Positions 27,605 to 32,850 of a stretch of 32,850 nucleotides of DNA are shown here, piece after piece; position 1 is the stretch's first letter; each line of letters starts with the position of its first letter. The notes below the pieces were generated by a model. That model was not told where the DNA came from and ran no database searches. It was given only the letters and a program-made list of their open reading frames with translations. This DNA is from Cyclobacteriaceae bacterium. GTDB lineage: Bacteria; Bacteroidota; Bacteroidia; Cytophagales; Cyclobacteriaceae. The position numbers and the translations under genes were made by a program. The stretch covers positions 1 to 32,850 of the forward strand of contig JAOUOM010000001.1 of NCBI GenBank assembly GCA_029880385.1. Reading direction: 5' to 3'.

Positions 27605-27988
27605 TTAAAATGAATTACCCGAAAGAGCCTCCTTAATAGCACCACTTATGGTTTGCTCATCAAAAGGCTTGGAAATCAATTCAATATCTTGTGATTTAAT
27701 GTCTTCTTCATCTACCATTCCCATAAAACCTGTTACCATAATTACAGGAATGCTTGGACGTATTTCTCGTACCAGATGCGTGAGTTCAAGCCCATTCATG
27801 CCCGGCATTTTAAAATCGGTCACCATTAAATCAAATTCCGTTCCCTTAATCTCGTTCAGGGCTTCTTGTCCGCCTGTTGCGGTCGTAACATCATAGACTC
27901 GCCTAAACATGATTTTAAACATCATGAGATTGTGTGGCTCATCATCTACGTATAGGATATGTGGTCTGGCTTGGCTCATTTCAAACAC
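27605..27988 (-). CDS. Receiver-only response regulator (CheY-like)
   Basis: 127-aa ORF with ILYVDDE, the phospho-acceptor context DLMVTDFKMPGMNG, VIMVTG and SKPF. It starts 4 nt after the upstream kinase stop. Confidence 0.92.
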   Translation of the reverse strand: MFEMSQARPHILYVDDEPHNLMMFKIMFRRVYDVTTATGGQEALNEIKGTEFDLMVTDFKMPGMNGLELTHLVREIRPSIPVIMVTGFMGMVDEEDIKSQDIELISKPFDEQTISGAIKEALSGNSF

Positions 27989-27992
27989 AAGA

Positions 27993-29447
27993 TTACAAAT
28001 TTTTCGCTTGACTTTTTGGAAGTTCTATGGTAAATGTAACCCCTTTTTCCTTATTATTTGATACAGAAATTGACCCTTTGTGCTCATCAATAATTCCCTT
28101 GGAAATCGACAAGCCCAGGCCTGTCCCGCTACCCACTTCCTTGGTAGTAAAAAAAGGCTCAAAAATCTTCGATATTACTTGCGGATCAATCCCTCTTCCT
28201 GTATCTGAGATTTTAATAGATGTGAATCCTGATTGAATAGTATCATCTATTGAAATACTTATTTCACCGTCTCGTCCTTCAAGGGAATGAATGGCATTCA
28301 CCAAAATATTCATAAATACCTGACTCAATTTACTGGCACTCCCCTCCACCCAAATTTCACTTTTGTATTCTTTTCTGACATGGATTCCTTCACCAATCTG
28401 GCTTTTCAGCAACATCAGGGTTGAATTCATGTTTTCTGAGAGATTTACGTCCTCAAATGTATCCTGATCCATTCTCGAAAAAACACGAAGGCCCTTTACA
28501 ATGGCAGATGTCCGGTCAGAACCGTGCATTATGGATTCCATTAACGTATGTACTTCTTCTTTTAACGTATCAAATCCAATATCTTCCCTGCACTTTTTCA
28601 ATAATTCAATCCGATCATTCACATAGGCATGCAACTCTTCACCCCTGAGGGTATGACTAACATGCTCCACATCACGGATGCAATTGTCATTTTCCTGCTG
28701 AAATTTCATAAAATCTTCCATGGCCTTCGACAGGTTGGTAATACCCAACTGTATGAAATTTACGGGGTTATTTATTTCATGAGCGATCCCTGCTGTCAAT
28801 TGCCCCAAAGAAGCCATCTTCTCGGACTCTACCAGCATCCTGGATTTTTCACGCAAGTCATCGTAGGCATTTTCCAGCCGCATATGAGCTAAAATCATCT
28901 GATTTTTAAAAAAATACACCAACATCAATACAACTGACATCAACAAAATATAATTGGCCAAATCAAACACCGGCTGATCTTCCGTTGATAACTGAGATGT
29001 CAGGTCAACCCCATAAATATCCAGTAGCCACAAAACAAATACCGTAAGGCCCACCAGGACATTTAACACTATCAGGTCTTTTTTACCCTGATATAAAATA
29101 CTGTTGAGTGGCACAAAAAGCAATAAGGGAATGGCTGACGAATGTATCCCTCCTGTCAGACAAATTTCAAAAACCAGGGAGTAATAAATCATGCCGATCA
29201 CCAGCCGGAAAATTGCGATAACACTCGTAGTAACCCGGATGGTCACCAGGTACAATCCCCCAAAAACAAGGGAAGCAAACAGGGTGTGATAAAATAAAAT
29301 AGTCAGGCCCGAATGGTAAAAAATAAAACCAAAAACAAAAGTGGCCAGCAATGCCAGACCAGTAAAAATGAAAAGCATCTTTTTGTTCAACCCTTCCAGC
29401 GAAGTGACAGAAAGCAATTCTTTTCCTATAACATCCTTCAATAACAT
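27993..29447 (-). CDS. Membrane sensor histidine kinase (six predicted TM helices); paralog of 25579-27063
   Basis: 484-aa ORF with the same architecture as its paralog. It has TGGIHS in the membrane domain, LGQLTAGIAHEINNPVNF, RTSAIVKGLRVFSR, DTGRGI and GTGLGLSISKGIIDEHKG. Confidence 0.9.
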   Translation of the reverse strand: MLLKDVIGKELLSVTSLEGLNKKMLFIFTGLALLATFVFGFIFYHSGLTILFYHTLFASLVFGGLYLVTIRVTTSVIAIFRLVIGMIYYSLVFEICLTGGIHSSAIPLLLFVPLNSILYQGKKDLIVLNVLVGLTVFVLWLLDIYGVDLTSQLSTEDQPVFDLANYILLMSVVLMLVYFFKNQMILAHMRLENAYDDLREKSRMLVESEKMASLGQLTAGIAHEINNPVNFIQLGITNLSKAMEDFMKFQQENDNCIRDVEHVSHTLRGEELHAYVNDRIELLKKCREDIGFDTLKEEVHTLMESIMHGSDRTSAIVKGLRVFSRMDQDTFEDVNLSENMNSTLMLLKSQIGEGIHVRKEYKSEIWVEGSASKLSQVFMNILVNAIHSLEGRDGEISISIDDTIQSGFTSIKISDTGRGIDPQVISKIFEPFFTTKEVGSGTGLGLSISKGIIDEHKGSISVSNNKEKGVTFTIELPKSQAKNL

Positions 29448-29651
29448 CTTACGTATAATCTGAAAAAAACCAAAAAAATTCAGGTATCGTCCCTAAAAAT
29501 CAGTGTAATTAACCACATTTCAGGCAAATAGTTACACCCAAAAAATCGTAACACCCCTTTAAAAAACAACCACACAGGCTTCTCTATGCGTATATTTATA
29601 ACTTTCTTGCAAGAACCATTCGTTCCGTGCGACTCGTAACCAATCATTTAA

Positions 29652-30341
29652 ATGGATCAAACGCAAATCAACCAGCTTTTAGTATCCTATGCCGATGCTT
29701 CGTACAAACAAAGCCTGAGCCGTTTTGGCATTCCGACGGATAATGTACTGGGTGTCAGAAAACCACATTTAAAAAGTTTGGCAAAGTCCATTGGCAAAAA
29801 CCATGACCTTGCAGTGGAGTTATGGAACCTTCCGGTTCATGAAAATAAACTGCTTGCCTGCCTGCTTGCCGAGCCAAAACACTTGAGCAGGGAAACGACC
29901 TGGCAATGGGCTATTTCCCTATATTCCTGGGATCTTTGTGATTCGGCCTGTATGTTGTTTGCTAAACTTCCGTTTGCCCGTTCGATTGCAATCGAATGGA
30001 TTGATGACCAACGTGAGTTTGTTCGTCGTGCCGGGCTGGTAACGCTTACGTTACTTGTCGTCCATGATAAAAAAATGAGTAACGATGACATATTGCCCTT
30101 TTTGAATTTTGTCAAACAACACGCCACAGACGAACGCAACTTTGTGATGAAAGCCGTCAACTGGCTTTTGAGGCAAATAGGAAAGCGCAACCTCGCCCTC
30201 CATACACACGCACTGGCACTGGCGCATGAACTTGCAACATCCTCTGCCAAACCTGCCCGATGGATTGGTCAAAATGCAAGGAGGGAGCTCGCCCTACCCA
30301 AGCAAATCGAACGGTTGAAAGCAAAGGATAAATCAATATAA
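29652..30341 (+). CDS. DNA alkylation repair protein (AlkD-like HEAT-repeat family)
   Basis: 229-aa ORF with family pattern FGIP..NVLGVRKPHLKSLAK, ELWN..VHE.KLLA, WDLCD, FVRRAG, DERNFVMKAVNWLLRQIGK. Confidence 0.8.
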   Translation: MDQTQINQLLVSYADASYKQSLSRFGIPTDNVLGVRKPHLKSLAKSIGKNHDLAVELWNLPVHENKLLACLLAEPKHLSRETTWQWAISLYSWDLCDSACMLFAKLPFARSIAIEWIDDQREFVRRAGLVTLTLLVVHDKKMSNDDILPFLNFVKQHATDERNFVMKAVNWLLRQIGKRNLALHTHALALAHELATSSAKPARWIGQNARRELALPKQIERLKAKDKSI

Positions 30342-30366
30342 CCGTTTACGAAACTATTTTGAAACA

Positions 30367-30390
30367 TAAAAAAAGGGGCGCAAGGCCCCC
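30367..30390 (-). terminator. Intrinsic terminator for the OMP gene (the hairpin is shared with the convergent + gene)
   Basis: GGGGC-GCAAG-GCCCC hairpin. On the minus strand it is followed by a U-run (plus-strand A-run 30368-30374). On the plus strand no U-run follows. Confidence 0.75.
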
Positions 30391-30414
30391 GTATTATTCA
30401 TCTAATTCAGTGAA

Positions 30415-31059
30415 TTATTTTCCCAAATCAGCCAATGCATAGGCAATGGATACCTGGAACATCGAATTCTTGACCGCTGTAACAGATGATGCCAGGCTGT
30501 TGACATCTGATAACCCGAGCACATATCGCGCATGAATATCCAGTCCAAATGGCAAATCAATACCTGCCCCAAAATTTGCTCCCAGATCGGACCCTTTCAA
30601 CTTGTCCTTGATATCGGAACTGGTGATGGATCCGGAAATATCATCCTGCTGCACACTTGACATCAGGAAACCAAATTGGGGGCCTACTTGTACGTTTACG
30701 CCTGCCGCCAGATAGACTTTGAGCATGACGGGCACAGTGAGGTAATGAAATTTTTGCACTGCATCATAAACGGTAGTTCCTCCCAGGTTCACATCGGTGA
30801 ATTTGAAGTCAAAGCTCTGGAAAGAATACAGTACCTCTGGCTGAACGGCTATTTTACTGACCTTGGCACGGCCAAACAAGCCAAAATGATAGCCAGAAGC
30901 CCCCTGAGCATCTGAAATGGAAATCCCATCCTTAATGGACAAAGCATCTGCCGATGGGAAATTAAGTCCTCCTTTGAGGCCAAACGCCAACCCCTGTCCA
31001 TAAACAAGTGCTGTAGAAAATACAAAGAGAAAAACGAAACTAAGTTTTTTCATAATCAT
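30415..31059 (-). CDS. Outer-membrane beta-barrel protein (PorT/OMP_b-brl-like)
   Basis: 214-aa ORF. It has a signal peptide MKKLSFVFLFVFSTALVYGQ, then GLKGGLNF and alternating amphipathic beta-strand pattern, with a C-terminal aromatic-rich strand. Confidence 0.8.
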   Translation of the reverse strand: MIMKKLSFVFLFVFSTALVYGQGLAFGLKGGLNFPSADALSIKDGISISDAQGASGYHFGLFGRAKVSKIAVQPEVLYSFQSFDFKFTDVNLGGTTVYDAVQKFHYLTVPVMLKVYLAAGVNVQVGPQFGFLMSSVQQDDISGSITSSDIKDKLKGSDLGANFGAGIDLPFGLDIHARYVLGLSDVNSLASSVTAVKNSMFQVSIAYALADLGK

Positions 31060-31162
31060 TCAATTTTTATTGTACGTTGGGATAGTGAAAGAATTCATCC
31101 TAATTATTTCGGAAAATTATATGATTTATCTGACCTTTTTATACGATGAGTTCCATCAATTG

Positions 31163-31190
31163 AAAAAAACAACCTTCCATGAAAATGGTT
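31163..31190 (-). terminator. Candidate intrinsic terminator after the amylase gene
   Basis: The minus strand reads AACCATTTTCATGGAAGGTT (imperfect hairpin) followed by GTTTTTTT. Confidence 0.45.
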
Positions 31191-31270
31191 CGGTAGCAAA
31201 GGTCAATTCATGCAACATTCCGGACAACTAACGTAAAGAGCGGCAAGATGTTATTTTTACTTTTCCTTCT

Positions 31271-32647
31271 TTATTGGGTCAGCACACGATACCCATATGG
31301 TTCCAGTTCAACAGAAACTCCTATCGATGTGCTTTTCGCCGTAAATGCATCCACCCAGTTGGTCTGCTGCAACTCTGCCGGCATCGTAAACACAGTGGTA
31401 ACCGGCCTCACATTGACCAAAACCAGTACTTTTTCCGATCCGCCAGAGCGAAGGAATGCCACCACGTCATCATGAGCATATGTGGTGAGTTGCCCCGTTT
31501 TCAATGCCGGAATCTGATGGTATATGGCAAAAAGCTGGCGGTAAAACATTTCCATATCCCTGTTTTGTGACCAGTCAATGGGCGAAGCATAAAAGAAGGG
31601 GACGTTAGTAGCCCTCCCTACTTCCTGGCTGCCATAGATCATGGGCACACCTCCCATATATGCCGTAATAACCGAAGCCGCCATGGCCCCGGTTTTTCCT
31701 TTAAATAAAGTCACTGGCGTCGCATCCCAGGCAGATTCATCATGGTTCGTCGTAAAACGTAATTTCTCACCGCCGGATGGGATCGCCTTGTACTCATCCA
31801 CATGTACCTGGGCAAGGGTACTGGCCGGTACCCCGTTGAAAACATCCTTTAGTTTTGAGTAAAAAGCCCAGGAATAATTCATCTGAAACCCCGCAGTAAA
31901 ATGATCGGCACGTTCCCCTTCTGCTAAGAGGATCAACGATCGTCCCGGAAGACCCGAAAGTGAATCGATGGCCTGTTTCCAAAAAGAAAATGGGACAAAA
32001 TCAGCAGCATCACATCGGAAACCATCAATATTTGCCTCCAAAGCCCAGTATTTCATCGCGGCCACCATGGCCAGTCTCATATCCTGATTGAAAAAATTCA
32101 AATCCGCCACATCCTGCCAATTGGTACCCGGAGGATGAACAATTTCTCCATTTACCTTGGTATACCACGATGGATGGCTGATCCAGGGATTGTCCCACGA
32201 ACTATGGTTGGCCACCCAGTCGATGATCACGGCCATGTCCCTGCTGTGGGCTGCATCGACAAGTGCACGCAAATCATCCAGGCCCCCGAATTCAGGGTTC
32301 ACTTCCTTGTAATTTCGTACACAATACGGTGAATTGACCGACTTGAGCTGTCCGATCGGGTGTATGGGCATCAACCAGATCACATTTACACCCAGCTTTC
32401 TGATGCTGTCGATCCGGTCAATAACACCCTGTAAATCCCCCGATGGACTAAACGCCCGTACATTGATCTCATACATCACAATATCCTGTACCAAGGGCAC
32501 TTTGTCAAAGGGCACCCCATATTGCACAGGTTCTTTTTCGATCGTATCAGGTGTGATCGGTACCGGCTTTTCCCTGCATGACCCTAACGTGACAAAAAGG
32601 ACGAAAATCGGTAAGAAGGAAAGGTGGAATTTGGATTTCATACGCAT
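31271..32647 (-). CDS. GH13 alpha-amylase-family glycoside hydrolase, lipoprotein-type signal
   Basis: 458-aa ORF. The signal and lipobox read FVLFVTLGSC. All four GH13 regions are present: AVIIDWVANH, GFRCDAADF, LILLAEGE and FTTNHDE. Confidence 0.9.
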   Translation of the reverse strand: MRMKSKFHLSFLPIFVLFVTLGSCREKPVPITPDTIEKEPVQYGVPFDKVPLVQDIVMYEINVRAFSPSGDLQGVIDRIDSIRKLGVNVIWLMPIHPIGQLKSVNSPYCVRNYKEVNPEFGGLDDLRALVDAAHSRDMAVIIDWVANHSSWDNPWISHPSWYTKVNGEIVHPPGTNWQDVADLNFFNQDMRLAMVAAMKYWALEANIDGFRCDAADFVPFSFWKQAIDSLSGLPGRSLILLAEGERADHFTAGFQMNYSWAFYSKLKDVFNGVPASTLAQVHVDEYKAIPSGGEKLRFTTNHDESAWDATPVTLFKGKTGAMAASVITAYMGGVPMIYGSQEVGRATNVPFFYASPIDWSQNRDMEMFYRQLFAIYHQIPALKTGQLTTYAHDDVVAFLRSGGSEKVLVLVNVRPVTTVFTMPAELQQTNWVDAFTAKSTSIGVSVELEPYGYRVLTQ

Positions 32648-32753
32648 CTTCGTTTCTGTCGTTCAAAACTAAGGAAAGAACAAGGAACACGCTCCACAAA
32701 ATCACAAATCACCTGTAAGGAAAGAGAACCGAGTTTTTACAAATACAAATATT

Positions 32754-32771
32754 TTTAACCTTTTGGTTAAA
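32754..32771. promoter_or_regulatory. Inverted repeat TTTAACC-TTTT-GGTTAAA, candidate operator upstream of the TetR-like gene
   Basis: Exact 7-bp arms. Its downstream end lies 31 nt before the ATG at 32803, in the divergent region shared with the amylase gene. Confidence 0.5.
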
Positions 32772-32802
32772 CCATTTAGTTTATCTTTCGTACCTTTACC
32801 GT

Positions 32803-32850
32803 ATGACCGAAGAACGAACAACCGAATACAAAATACTTGAAGCTGCGCGG
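32803..32850 (+). CDS. 5' end of a probable TetR/AcrR-family regulator (16 codons only)
   Basis: MTEERTTEYKILEAAR resembles the typical TetR N-terminus (..ILEAA..). Too little sequence is available for certainty. Confidence 0.35.
   Translation, partial: MTEERTTEYKILEAAR

Overview
This window reads as ordinary chromosomal DNA of a Bacteroidota-like bacterium. The taxon is an inference from three things: no Shine-Dalgarno sequences, TAnnTTTG-type -7 boxes, and PorT/OMP_b-brl-type and Tat-hitchhiker GMC gene families. I support about 30 protein-coding genes, and most are housekeeping: uvrD/pcrA-like helicase, monomeric icd, panB, aspS, tadA and a Mn-type sod. One further gene is missing from the ORF track. 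It is a TTG-start TonB-dependent receptor (1-1264, minus) sitting behind a textbook cobalamin riboswitch. I found no rRNA, tRNA, CRISPR array, transposase or integrase. I see no unambiguous new system, but three loci deserve a second look. (a) 25.1-29.5 kb is an AT-rich signalling cluster with two paralogous 6-TM histidine kinases, one receiver-only regulator, a CxxCxxCC (YkgJ-type) cysteine-cluster protein and an HD-domain protein. (b) 6.0-10.4 kb is a co-directional array of a UvrD helicase, an 88-aa orphan and a bacterial FAN1-like VRR-NUC nuclease. (c) 10.4-13.8 kb holds a GMC flavoenzyme, a Tat-signal small subunit and an exported xylose-isomerase-like TIM barrel, suggesting periplasmic oxidative sugar or glycoside processing. 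A response regulator at 3925-4334 is split by a 1-nt frameshift. Several perfect palindromes and direct repeats lie in promoter regions. All function calls rest on motif recognition by eye, and no database search was run.
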